Source: Marsupella aquatica
Taxonomy: Eukaryota; Plantae; Marchantiophyta
Direction: 5' to 3'
Assembly (NCBI GenBank): GCA_973895155.1
Contig: OZ316898.1
Coordinates: forward strand, 8,419,079-8,483,078
Length of the DNA: 64,000 nucleotides
Every line of letters starts with the position of its first letter. The stretch's first letter is position 1. Both the position numbers and the translations under genes were made by a program. A model generated the notes under the pieces. It worked only from the letters and a program-made list of their open reading frames with translations. It had not been told where the DNA came from and made no database searches. Shown piece by piece: positions 25,561 through 38,884 of this stretch.

Positions 25561-27382
25561 CTGGTGCACCTGTGTCCTACAAGCAGCAAGCTCGACGCCT
25601 CCCGCAACCCCAAACTTGTTGTTCTTGGTCATTGAAAGGTAAATTGCAGCTTCCAGATTGGGGGGCTTTCTGTAAATGATCGATTGACAGACTTAACAAG
25701 TGATCTATAATATGTGGTATTAATTGATCATATATATAGTGAGCATTATTAGAAGGGCGGGCTATCGCATATCTTATTCGATTAACCGGATCTAGTTTAA
25801 AACTTATTAAATGCCCAGATCGATCAGTTACCTTCCCGCAATATATATTATGTACGCATGTAATGGGTGACTGCGTTAAACCAGAGCATCGATGCTAGTT
25901 CACAGTTCTAACAGTACCGCAACTGACGCAGGCTCGAATGGAAGATCGAAGTGCTGGACCACCTGGTATGGCTAAGGGGCTCGTGTAGAGTTCTTCGGAA
26001 TGATTCTCGCGCAGTTCTCCAGCCCTCCGAAGTCCACAATACATACAATCTACCGTTTCAGCAGGAGCCAGAAGGATCACAGTCATCGAGAATCACTGGA
26101 GCGGCGAGATGTCCTCTCAATTCCGTCCACATACCTCTCGCTGGACAAAGAGATCATGCCGGTTATCATATATATGTTGGAACGGATGGATGACATCTCG
26201 CCGCTCCAGTCAATCTATCTCGACGTGATGCTTCTGGCTCCCGCTCAAAGTGTATATAGATTGCAATCATTGAATTGTGGACTTCGGAGGGCTGCAGAAC
26301 GGCAGGAGAATTGTTTCGAAGATCTCTGCACGAGCCTAGATAGAGCCTTAGTTACTCGGCCGGCCAAGTGGGCCATGCAGGACTTCTTCCATATATTCGA
26401 CCCTGCGGTGTTAAAAATTGTGAAACTAGCATCGCTTCTCTAAGATCGCTTGTTAATGAAGCCTGTCAATCATTTACAAAAGGCCCCGCAATTTGGAAAC
26501 TTCGATACCTTTTCAATGACGAAGCACGAAATATTTGGGTTGCATTGCGGGGATGAGCGCCGAGCTTGCTAGCTGCTTGTGGGACTCTTAGTGACGCTCT
26601 TCCACTTTGCTAGCAGTAAGCTCCACGGGTCGAGGGAAACCTTGGCACTTGAGGCAAAAAGAAGATCAGTGCCGGCGACCAGTCTCTTAAGCGACGAACA
26701 AATCCGAACGCTGTAATATATTATAGCGGCTCGGAGTTGTTCGTGGCTTAGAAACTGTTGTCGATCGCTGACATTTAACTTCGCTTTGCCTGTGCCAGGT
26801 TGAAAATCAGATGTTTGCCTGATCAGACCTCTCTACTTTAACCTCTCGCTGGACAAATAGGTCGAACGTACATGCCGTTCATGAAAATCGGAACGAATGG
26901 ACGACATCCTGATCTAGTAGAGAGGTCCGAGTCTAGCTACTAGGTTCTGATCGAGGCAAACATCGGTTTTATGATCGACCTGGCACTTGAGGCAAAACGG
27001 AGTTAAAGTGTCGATCAGTGACAGGAGTTTCCATGCTACAAACAAATCAGAGCCAGAATATAATAGCAACGTTGTGATTTGTCTGTTGCCTGGAACATTT
27101 CTGCTGCCGGCACTGATAATCTTATTGCCTCAAGTGCCAAAGGATTTACTTGATCCGTGGAGTTTACTGCCAGCAAAGCGGAGTCCGAGCGTCGATCAGT
27201 AAGAGTCCTACAAGCAGCAAGCTCGACGCTCCCCGCAGCCCAAACATGTCGTGCTTAATTCGTAATTGAAAAGGTATTGCAGCTTCCAGATTGCGGGGCT
27301 TTCTGGAAATGATTGACAGACTTAACAAGCGATCTTAGAGCAGCGATGGCCGGTGCCGGTGCGTAGTTTTACAGTTCTAACA
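25560..27382. repeat. Diverged, rearranged copies of the 700-bp unit, including one inverted copy (~26130-26890)
   Basis: Forward fragments at 25574-25705, 25886-26128 and ~26915-27382. The reverse-complement copy begins ACCTCTCGCTGGACAAAGAGA at ~26133. Confidence 0.85.
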
Positions 27383-28423
27383 TTTCCATTGACATTTACA
27401 ATAGAAAAGTAGTACCAATCTGAACCTGAGCAAAAGGAGTTGCTGAACATTATGTCACCACCATGCCGTGACCATAATATATTAAACCATCAACGCCAGA
27501 GTGAGATCGAACTAGTCAAGTTAATCTTGCTGCAACTGATTGTGTGCGAGGTGTGGGAGCATTCGGTTCACTCGACATTAACCTGCAGGTATGGAATCCT
27601 CTAGACAGTTTGTTCAATGGCGCGCTGCTATACTCCTCTGGAAAGAAGGGGCCGATATTTTGTTGCCAATCCGCGCTTCAAGTTCAACATGTCACTGGCG
27701 AGCAATGCTTTGAAACGGTTAATATATAAATCGCTTAATTAACATGCGATTGATTAACCCTTTCAAAACATTTCTCGCCAGTGACATGCTGAACAGTTAA
27801 TCAATCGCACGTTAATTAATCAATCGTTTAAAAGTCCTGGCCGTTGCAGCAGGCTTGTTCGCGCGGTTTAGCTTCTTTCTTTTGAATTTCATTTGTCGCG
27901 CGTAGGCAGGCCTAGCTAGACATCAGAGCGACATTGGCAAGTTATTTTTGACCAAGAGAGCTAAATTATGTGAGCTGATTGGAGAAGAACTTGGAATAGC
28001 CGATATTTATGAATAGCCAACTTATTCAAAACACACTGTTTGCATGTACGTAGATGCCATCCGCGCGCCAGTCAAAGATAATACATTGCGACAAACCTTT
28101 ATGGAATGCAAGACACATCCCTTTGCAAGACACATCCCTGTACGTACTTTCGTAGATGGCAAACGAGATGGCAAAGGCAAACCAGTTCTAACCTCCTTTG
28201 CCATCGATCTACGAAACTACATACAGGGATGTAATTAAGTGTTCCGGCCATTTGAAGACAACCTTCTTCTTATCATTGTCCCTCCTCTTAGTTCTTCTCA
28301 TCCTCATTGTGTTCTCGATCACGTGCGTGCACCAGGATATATCCCTTAATTTCTAACGGGTGACGGACAACGAGACCGATGTTGTCTAAGTGAAACACAA
28401 TTATCTGCTCTGCTCGTGGTTTG

Positions 28424-28570
28424 TGTTATGAATACACAAGATGATAGTATTCAATAATCCCCACACACTTCCATTATGCCAAGGACTTATATAGTCCAGA
28501 AGGGTTAACATGGTTGGGTTAATGTTAACCTATCCTATACTAGGGTTAAGTCATATTATGGGTTATAACA
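28424..28570 (-). repeat. 3' LTR (147 bp)
   Basis: TGTTAT...ATAACA; identical to 34070-34216; PPT adjacent. Confidence 0.95.
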
Positions 28571-28909
28571 CTTCCCCTTGGTTACTTGGACGGGGTGTCA
28601 AGGAACCACACATTTAACCCTAGTTTAAAAGTGGGAGTCACTTATGATGTAGCCTCATCAAACCTTGCTGCTTTCCTCTCAAGGAAGAGTACTACCATCA
28701 TTACAATTTGTGGTCCCTAATTCAGAAAGTCTCTAATGTGTATGCTCTAAGTCTAAAAGTAGCCTATTACTGTCTAAGCCAGTGGGCTAAGAGTAAGTAA
28801 GCGTTTATTTGTTACTCTAGTCGGGGTAGTATTGTATTCATGACGGGGGAACATGTGTCTCTCTGTAAACTGTTCGTTAGATACTACGATTTAGTAGTTT
28901 GTCGAGGTT

Positions 28910-31900
28910 CTACTTCGATTTTGCGTTGGCTGTGTGTTCGTGTCGGGAGTTGTCGTTAGTCGAGGAGGTTAGGGAGGAGAGACGATGCATTCCAATGGCG
29001 CTGACGTGCTTTCGATGTGTAGTCGCTGGTAGCGGCTTGGTGAAGAGGTCGGCGCAATTGTCTTGTGAGCTTATCCACTTTACTTGTATTTGCTTTCCGC
29101 TGTGTTCGTGCGTAAAGAAAAATTTCGGGTCTATGTGCTTGGTTCGATCGGTCTTCATGTAGCCTGTAACTATCTGGTCGACGCATGCCCTATTGTCCTC
29201 GTAGATGGTGGTTGGATTTGTGAGTAAGGTTTTTCCTGTCTGTTTGAGTATATGTGTGATTATACTACGGAGCCAAATCGCTTCGCGGCATGCCTCATAG
29301 AGGGCAATTACTTCGGCGTGATTCGATGACGTTGTGGTTAGGCTCTGCTTCGTGCTTCTCCAAGATATGGCGGTTTTACCCTGCAAGAAGACGTATCCTG
29401 TCTGCGACTTTGAATCTTGGGGGTCTGAGAGGTATCCAGCGTCCGCGTATCCTGTAAGTTCATCCTCGCTTTCGTTGGGGAAGAATAGTCCCATGTCAAT
29501 TGTTCCTTGGAGGTATCGGAATACTCGTTTTATGCCGTTCCAGTGGCGTATTGTCGGGTGCGCGCTATGTCGTGCGAGGAGGCTCACTGCAAAGGATATA
29601 TCCGGTCGGGTGTTGTTGGCCAGGTAAAGGAGGGCTCCGATAGCCGATAAGTATGGCTTATCTGAATCTAGTATTGGTTCGTTGTCCTGTCTTTGCCTGA
29701 ACATGTCCTTCGCAGTGTCTAAGGATCTCAGCTCCATTGGTGTTGATACCGGGTATGCCTTTTGCATATTGAATTGTTGGAGGATTTTGTTTGTATAGGT
29801 AGACTGGCTAATGAATGTGCCTGTCTGTAGGTGATCGAACTGAAGGCCGAGGCAGTAAGTCGGTTCTCCCAGTTCTTTCATCTCGAAAATGCCCTTCATT
29901 GTGTTGATTGTTTGTCGTAATAGTCATTGTGTACCGAAGAGATTAATGTCATCGACATATAGCGCTAACACGACGAACTTTGTGTCTACTCTTTTGATGA
30001 ATATACAGGGCGCTATGTCTTCTGTAATAAATCCGAGTGCTTGTATTTCGGTTTTAAATTTCTGGTACCATATACGGCCGCTTTGTTTCAGGCCATTTAT
30101 GGATTTCAATACTTGCACAGCAAATGCCTGCTGTCCAGTCCTTCGTTTTCCGGGGTACTGGAGTGGTGCTTTCTGTGTGTTGCCACTGCTCAACACAAGG
30201 CCTTTACAATCATCATTAGGGATAATCTGGTCAATTCCCGACTTCATATCCTTGCTCAGGTTCGGGTATTGCTTCCCCTGAATGTGTTCTGCCACTCTTT
30301 CGAGTAATTCCTTTGGTGCTTTCATATGAATTTCGGAGTCTAAGACTCCATATAGGTATGCCGTTACTACGTCCATAAGGATATTGCATAACTGGTGTTT
30401 GCGAGAGAAAGCAATTAAATACCTGAATGTCGTCACGTCCATTACTGGTGAATATGTTAGATCATAGTCCCTGCCTGGGATCTGGGTGTATCCTTTTGCT
30501 ACTAACCGCGCTCTGTATCTGATAACATCACCTTTTGCATTTCGCTTTTTAATGAACGTAAATCGGCTGTTTGTATAGTCATTGTTAGGATCAACTTGTT
30601 TGACTGGTCCAAAGACTTGTCGACGGATTAGTGCATCCATTTCTGTGTCAATGGCCTCTTTCCAGTGTGGTCAATCTGACCTTGTTTGTGCTTCTTTGAT
30701 TGTTAAAGGGTCCGAAGTATCATTGGTTATTTCTTGAGCTATATGGTAAGCAAATTGTTCGTCGACAGTAGTGTTTTGTCTCGTGTAAATTTGTCCTGTA
30801 TGCTTATACTGAATTGACATCTCCTCATTACCCGATGTGTCTGGTGTCTCGGATTCATTATTAATGAAGTGAAAAGTAGTTTCAGGAATTACCTGATGGG
30901 GGCGTCTTTGGCGGGGTCGGGTATCATGTGATCCTGGTGGCCTACCTCTTTTCGCCTTAGGGGCAGCTACTGTTGCTGGAGGAGTATTCATTTGTACTCT
31001 GGCTGGTACATTGGTTGCCTCGTTGTGGGATTTTGTAACATTTGCTGCATCATTAAATGCATCTGGGATCTTATCCAGCATCTCGTGGAGGTGGAGTAAT
31101 CGTCTTACTTCTGCATCCGTTTGTTTCGTCCTCGGGTCCTGGTTGAGTAAGTTTCTGCTGTTCCAGTTGATCTGGTGTGGGTGCAAGTCCCCTGTCATTT
31201 GTTTGTCTATGCTTAGGGTGGGAAAAGTGTCTTCGTAAAAATGACAATCTGTATGTCTGGCCTTAAACACATCGGCTGTTGTCGGTTCCAGGTAGCGAAT
31301 GATCGAGGATGAGTCATTTCCGATGTAGATTCCTTCTTGTCTTTGAGGTCCGATTTTTGTACGCTTGGGTCCCAGTATTGGGACCATGACTTTGCATCCA
31401 AATACCCGTAGGTGTGACAGGTCTGGAGGTAGTCCGAACGCTAAGTGGTGTGGAGTCTTTGTGTTGAACGCCGATGGTCTGTATTGAAGCAGTGTGGCAG
31501 CATGGAGGACTGCGTGTCCCCATGTGGATAGGGGTAACTTTGAATTCATTAACAGGGGTCTGGTTATCATCTGTATACGCTTGATAACGGATTCTGCCAT
31601 TCCGTTTTGGAAATAGACATATGGGACTGAGTATTCAGTGTCAATGCCCGCTGCCCAGCAAAACTCATCGAATGCTTTTGAGGTGAATTCCCCTGCACCA
31701 TCCACTCTCAGTTTCCGAATTGGATGTTCTGGGAATTGTGCTTTAAGCTTTAGAATGTTGGCCAGTATCCTAGCGAAGACCAAGTTGCGTGTAGAGAGTA
31801 GAGATACTTGCAGCCATTTGGTCGAAGAGTCGATGATGGCCAGGAAATACTTAAACGGTCCACTTGGTGGGTGGATCGGGCCGCATACATCTGCGTTCAG

Positions 31901-33523
31901 GTGTTCCAGGAAGTTCGGGATGGCATAGATTGTCTTCTGTATTTGTGGGCGTGTAATCAGCTTCCCCTGAGAGCACGCCAGGCATTGCCTTTGTTTTGTT
32001 GATGGGTTGACTCCTTGGGGGATTCCACGGGAGTCATGAATAATTCTGCGGTACATATTTACTCCGGGGTGTCCCAGTCGACAGTGCCATAAGTATGTGA
32101 TATCAGGTAAGTCTGCAGTGACATAGTGAGCTTGAATTTGAGTTGCGTAGAGGCCTGGTGGTATAAGGGGTAAGGTTTCTTTAATATGTATACCTTGTTC
32201 GGTAACCTCCACGATTTGGAGGGTATCTTCCTCGTCTGTTTTCACTGTGCGCAGTTGATATTTATTTGCGACTATGTCTCGGAAGCTGATGAGGTTCCTT
32301 GTAGCTCGCGGGGCGAATATCGCTGCTTCGATGGCGAGTGCAGTGCCTCCTGGGAATATTACCGTGGCTGTGCCTTTACCCTCCTCAATCTGGTTTGTGC
32401 CTGAAATGGTGGTCATATGCCGGGCTGATGGGGTAATTGAGTGGAAATATTTCTTGTCCTTTAGTATTGTATGAGACGTACCGCTGTCAATTATGCCCAG
32501 ATTAGGGTCTTGTAGTGTGTAGGATCCTCTTGCTGGAGTTACTATGTGGGTCTCCACTTCATGAGGTTGTTCGGGGTCTTTGTAGGTGGCTATTGCTTCT
32601 TCTAGCTCCATGTAGTTCCCTGCTGGGTTTTGTTTGAGTCTAGCTCTTGATTCTGTATGTTTCCTGGCTGTTTGGTCCGATGCCCAACAATTTTTCTTCA
32701 GGTGTCCTATTTTTCCGCATCGGTAGCACATCCTGTCATCTTTGGTGTTGTCCGATGCATTATCACTCATCCTGCCTCTGCCGCCTACTCCCCTGCCTCT
32801 TGTGTTGTATGATTGTCGATATCCTCGACCTCTGTAGGATTGGTTTCTACCTCTGCCTTGGTATCCGCCTCTGCCTCTTGGTCGGCCTCGTCCCATGTTA
32901 TCTTGCTGATAGTAATTTATCTCTGGTTTGTGTGGTGGTGGTTCTGTTCCCGCAGGTCTTTTTCGGGCGTTTTGCATGGCGACCACCTGTTGCTTCTCTT
33001 CTACAAGTAAATGTGCGATAAGATCTGAATATGTGGTGAATTGCATATTTCGGTACTGTGTACCGAGTGCAATGTTTGATTCGGGGAATGTACTCAGTGT
33101 CTTGTCGATCTTATCTGCGTCTGGGACTGGATGGCCGCAGAGTTCTAGTTGAGAGGTAATTTTAAATAGAGCGCTGTTGTAGTTAGCAATGGAAGTATGA
33201 TCCATCACTCGTAGGTTGTACCAATCGCGGCGAGCCTCAGGAAGCCATATTTCGCGCATATGGTCGAATCGGGCCTTTAACTTGTCCCACAGGAGTCGTG
33301 GATTGACTTCGTTCATGTATTGGGATTTTAGTGAGGGAACCAAGTGCTGGCGCAAAAGGAACACGGCCTTGGCCTTCTGTTGTAGAGTCAGATTTTGGTC
33401 TGTGATTAATGTATCTTCAAGCTCCAACGATGCGAAGTATGTTTCCGCATCTACGGCCCATGTCAAGTAGTTGCTGCCGTCTACTAGTAGGGCTGGGAAA
33501 TGTAACTTCTCCAATGTCGCCAT
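28910..33523 (-). pseudogene. Bianca gag-pol polyprotein with two in-frame stops
   Basis: ORFs 30671-33523, 29924-30640 and 28910-29899 share one frame. Motifs CYRCGKIGHLKKNC, IIDSGTSH, WHCRLGHP, ADVCGP, RLVAKG, YVDD, YADA, KHID, ADLFTK. Confidence 0.93.
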
Positions 33524-34069
33524 GTCTATTTCGCCTGATTTTGGGCCTTATAAATATATGGTGTTCCTTTGTATCAAATGCCTATGACTTTCGCCTTGTC
33601 CCGCCCGATCGATCGGCTGTTGTGATGGATCAAGTTAACCAAAAGAAAGAGAAACGATAGCGATCCTTTCGCTCAAGGCACGGGACTCATCTGCCCCTTG
33701 AATCGCATCCAAATTGTCCCCGATGGAGTTCGTTCGTATGTCCTTGTGTGCGGTCCTCAAAGTTTTCAGTTTTCGCCAATGTCTTTTATTTTGTTTTTCG
33801 CGTCTCGTCGCGTTGTCTCCTTCGTTCAAGGTTGAGAATCTTCGCTCGTGATTAGGCTCGACGCTCTATGGCCAGTTCTTTGTTCTTCGATCATAAGCTT
33901 GTTTTCTCTATTCTCGGGAGGTAGTTAGGCGGTTATTCTCGCCATTAGAGCAAAAAACACACAACATTGTGTTGTTTTCTTTGTGTGGACCTCGATCTAT
34001 TGAGTTGTCAGATTTTGGGGAGGGAGCACATGTAAAAAAAATGTAATTGAGCAAGTCGCGCTGATAACG

Positions 34070-34216
34070 TGTTATGAATACACAAGATGATAGTATTCAA
34101 TAATCCCCACACACTTCCATTATGCCAAGGACTTATATAGTCCAGAAGGGTTAACATGGTTGGGTTAATGTTAACCTATCCTATACTAGGGTTAAGTCAT
34201 ATTATGGGTTATAACA
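34070..34216 (-). repeat. 5' LTR (147 bp)
   Basis: Identical to the 3' LTR; PBS directly adjacent (34056-34069). Confidence 0.95.
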
Positions 34217-35279
34217 GTTTGCGGATTGTTGGTACATTTTCGTGAATAGATGAGACTGTAGTTAGCTTCTGAGAACATTCTTGCATTGAAAAGCTTTTCA
34301 CTCCTAGTGTCAATTTGGATGACGTGAAGTATGTTCAAAACTTCTGATGACTCTAGCTTTCGAGCTCAAGTACGTGCGAATAGAACTTCTTTCCCTAGTC
34401 CAACTGGAGCTATGGAGATCGGCCACCTAGGCATTTGAACGTATATCCTGTACGTACGTGACAAAGTCCCTCTCCCAGGTTGTATGTAAGGCTGTCACTA
34501 GCGCATAATTTCGGAAATGGCTACATCCAAGAACGTACATTCGAAAGAAACAATGTAGTTCTATTCAGACTGATGATGACCATGCACTCAATAAGCATTT
34601 AAGCACATCGATCTCCCCAGGTGGAGTGTAGGGATTCCTTCAGATTTCTACCATCGCAATGGAATTTAATTGAAATTGTCGAGGTCGAAGGAGAGAATTA
34701 AAGTACAACTTTAATGTCAGCAGGAGTACTAGTAACATGCAATATGCCACGGGGTCTCATTTTTTGTGGAGATTTTCAAATCTTTTATTCATACAGTCCT
34801 CTATCACGCTCGATCACGCAAATACATATTTCAGAAACGGACCAGAATCCGCTCGACTACAATTAGGGGTTGCATGATCAAAATACCAGCACACAAAAGC
34901 TTATATCTTCATACAAAATACCTATGATCTTCCACAAGGAGGATATGCATGGTCGAGGAATTGGGGATTTCCCCACCTGACTTGGTGAATCAGTGTACCA
35001 TAACAAAGAAGTGGGGATTCCGGACATCTTAGGGAATTTGGTTGAAAATACCCATGCTTTCCCATACATAACGAGGGATTTGATACTTCTAGCAGTTCGA
35101 CGTTTCCCTGGGGTAATTTGCCTATGTGTCCCACAGGCGTGATATTTGGGGCGTTTCTCGTAATATACCCAACTACAGAAGGGTTTAGCGCCTCCGCATT
35201 TCCCCACATTTGCGTGTTTATTTGTATAAGCCGGAGGCAGTTGGCATAATCCAGGTCCTTGGATGGTCGCGCTCTTCGC

Positions 35280-36110
35280 AACATCCGTGTGCATATTACC
35301 CGCATACCGTGGGGTATCGCTGGGGTATTTGGGATGTCAGCGTCCAATTGCCGCTCTCCAAGTGGCTTCGCTGAGGTGTGCAGGATGATATTCATCTCCA
35401 CCGTCCAATTTTGCTGTGGTAAAGTGGGGATTCCGTGTGCATATTACCCGCATACCGTGGGGTATCGCTGGGGTATTTGGAATGTCAGCGTCCAATTGCC
35501 GCTCTCCAAGTGGCTTCGCTGAGGTGTGCAGGATGATATTCATCTCCACCGTCTAATTTTGCTGTTGCTAAGTGGGGATTCCGTGTGCATATTACCCGCA
35601 TACATTAGTGTATCTCTGGGGTATTTGGGTTGTCAGCGTCCAATGGCCGCTCTCCAGGTGGCCTCGCTGGCAGCCCTGGAGGTGTGCAGGATGATATGCA
35701 TCTCCACCATCCAAATTTCCTGTTGTAAAGTGGGGGTTCTGTGTGCATATTACCCGCATACCCTGGGGTATCGTTGGGGTATTTGGTATGCCACTTCCAA
35801 TTGCCACTCTCCAGGTGGCTTCGCTAATAGCCCTGGAGGTTTGCAGGATGATATGCATCTTCACCGTCCAGATTTCCTATGTCGAAGCGGGGATTACTTG
35901 TGCATTTTACCTGCATACTGTGGGGTATTTGTAGGGTATTTTTTATTCCAGGCTTCTTGCTGCGTCAAATTGCATCCGCATCGTCAAATTCCAGGATAAT
36001 GTGCATCCGCATTGTCCAAATTGCCTACGATGAAGTGGGGATTCACGATGTAACGCCTATGTATTGTGAGGTATTGGGGGATCCTCACGTATTACCAATG
36101 GGGTATTAAA
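35280..36110. repeat. Subterminal tandem repeat, 148-158-bp unit, ~5 copies, degenerating inward
   Basis: GTGCATATTACCCGCATAC-type anchors near 35285, 35433, 35581, 35739 and 35897, each with GGGGTAT...GGGGTAT. Confidence 0.9.
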
Positions 36111-38884
36111 AATGTCTGGCGTCCCCAGATGAATTGCATCGAAAACCATCCAGTCATATTGCCAATGAATACCATGAAATGTCGATGGGTATCATGAATG
36201 TAAGGTTCTTTATTGGGCCCAGCTTACGCAAATCAAATTTCTAATATGGTTTTGAATCATTTCCTCATAGCGTTGTAAATAAGATCACATTGAGTTAAGT
36301 AGCATTCATTTGTACATTAGAAACTAAGTACGTTAGCAACTCCCGTCTCTCTCTATATATATATGTATATATATATGTGAAACACGAAGCAAGTAGTGGT
36401 GGCCCTTGGTCAATATATAATGCAATCATATTCATAACCAGTCTAGCTTGTGCCGTTCATAGAGCGATGCAGGTATGCTATCTATGTAGTGAGTACTATA
36501 CCTCTTCCCCAGCTTTCTTCATAGCATTTTTAGGGAAGATCCTTTGTTGGCCATCGGCATTTAAAGCCGGAAGATGTGTAAATCATCCTATTCATTAAAA
36601 GTGTATTTTATTTTGTTCACTTTTAGGCCTCTAAATGTTCACTTTTTGGTCTCTAAATGTACACTTTTTAAACCCAAAAGGTACACTATGGTATAATACT
36701 CTACACCTAAATGATCAATTGTAAACTTGAAGTGAAAAAAATGAGCTTGACTAGAAGGCGTCTCATCCTAGTTCATTTACAAAGGATGAACATGGTGGTA
36801 CATTTGATGGCCATCAACTTTATTTCTTGCCTAATTGTACACTTTTTGAAGGCCAAATGTACACTTTCTATTGCCCAAATGTTCATAAATTGAATAATAA
36901 TTGACTTTTAATGAATAGATTGATGTAACGATCACTACATTCTGCTCTACAATCCACCTGGCCACCATGTCCAATAACTCTGATGCATTCTTCTGGTGTT
37001 TGGTGAATGGCTTGGGGGTAGTCTTTGACCGCTTGTTCGTATCTGCTACAAACGTGCGCAATTTGGCCTCCACTTCGCAGGTCTTCATCAAACCCATGGC
37101 TCTCATGCACAATACTAGTTTGGCGTCTTTGGTGAGCTTTTCAAAATTCTGCAAAAGTTACTGTCTTTGGTGAGCTTTAAAACATGGTAGTACACCAATG
37201 ACAAGCCATAAATGATTATTTACAGAATCGTGCAAAACTTCTCAGTATATGCTTACTATATTGGAGTCTCCAGAAGCCTGGGACTTGTTACTTCTCATCG
37301 ACCGGGTTCCTTGAGCACGCAAAACTTCTTCCTGGTTTGCCTGTACATATATAATGACCACATAATGAGACCACAAGAGTACGTTCCACACATACAATTT
37401 CTGTCTACACATTGTACACAATGATCGCTGCAACCTAATAAAGACTGCTGGCTTACAATGGATGGAAATAAGAAATCATACCATGTTTTTGCCGGTCAAC
37501 AACCGTTCCCTTGCATCCTCTTGTACCTTTGTTGAAATAGCTCTAAATGAAGGTACGTTTTCTTTGCCTGGGTTCGGACCCTTGCCTCTTTGTGCTCTAC
37601 TCAATGGTTGATTTAGGTCCCGAATGCTTGCAAGGACTCCACCTTGTTCCTTCTCGGTCTTAACCTGCCATGCATATGTGGATGTGCAAATCATTGTATA
37701 TATTGGTGAACCTAGGCTCAAAGTAGAATGAATTGCAAAGTCATATACATCACTTACAATAGAACTTTTAGGCCATTATAATAATTGCAATATACAAAAC
37801 TTATACATACAATGATATATGATATATACCTTGGACAGTAGCGGGTTGTTTCCCCCTGTAGGACTGCTCTCAATCTTTTGTCTTTTTACCTGAAAAATAA
37901 GTATAAAGCAAACTCGGTGTCTTAATTTTAATTACGTACGTATGATATATAAGAACGCAACTAGCATGACAAAATACTTGTACCTCCGGTTCCGGTTGAT
38001 CGTTAGGCCTTATATTAGTGTCTTCATCATCCTTGTCAGATTCAATGTAAAGTTGGGTGGATGTAGTGAAGCAATCAACTTGCAAGTTGATAGTTGATGT
38101 TGACAATGTTTTCTCCTGGCTGCATGTAGTGGTATCCAGTACTTCAGTATCCTCGCTTGGCTCTCCATCGCTGGACTTGACCGCATCATCTTCTTTGCTT
38201 TCCTCTCTATGCTCTACTTCCGCCCCTCCCTCTGCATCTTCTTCATGGCCAGCTAATGCCAACACTTGCTTCTTCGGTTTTGAAAGAGGGTTTTCCTCAA
38301 CGTCAGGCATCTCCGGTAACCCCACTCCATTGGAGGCCTTTCTTGAGACAGCAGAACCCTCAGGAGAGGGACCTATCTCTGGTAACCCCGCTCTCTTGGA
38401 GGTCTTTCCTGAGACAGCAGAACCCTGAGGAGAGGGACCTGAATACGATTGGCATACTTTATGAGCCAGATTGGGACTGTGACACGGGCAACGTGTCACT
38501 TGACCGAACCCAGGTCGAAGATTAGGACTTATACGGTCAAAAGGACCGTAGCCATAGCGTAGAATAGCACGTATAGCCGCCAAGTTGCCATTATGATTAG
38601 ATTAGGAGTAGGTTAAGATAACCGAATAATTACGAGTTCAGGAAAGGGATTATTACGCACGACCGAGGTACGGTGGCGGCAGCGGAGTAAAAATCAGTTA
38701 GAAGAATCACGCTTGGACCGAGACGCCGACTTCAGCTCGTTATCAATGACCAAACGGCCTGACCTTCTCACGCTCGGGCTCGTCCTGGCACCCCCATAAG
38801 AGAGGAGCCGATGGCACTGCGGGCCATTCGCTCACGTTTACCTTTTTGGAATTCACGGACGCTGCCATCCGCTCGCCTTTTTGA

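Larger units (their letters stand above)
28424..34216 (-). mobile_element. Full-length Ty1/copia retrotransposon, Bianca lineage
   Basis: 147-bp LTRs (28424-28570, 34070-34216), identical by eye; TSD GTTTG; PBS CGTTATCAGCGCGA; PPT CAAGGGGAAG. Gag start MATLEKLHFPALLVDGSNYLTWAVDAE is Bianca-like; domain order PR-IN-RT-RH. Confidence 0.95.

Noticed and set aside
22362-25679. Repeated 68-173-aa ORFs in the 700-bp array; possible 5S rDNA or CRISPR array
   Set aside because: ORFs are short, overlapping and lack motifs. There is no 5S sequence, and whole units repeat with no unique spacers.
34878-36109. 70-159-aa ORFs on both strands
   Set aside because: They arise from the 148-158-bp subterminal tandem repeat.
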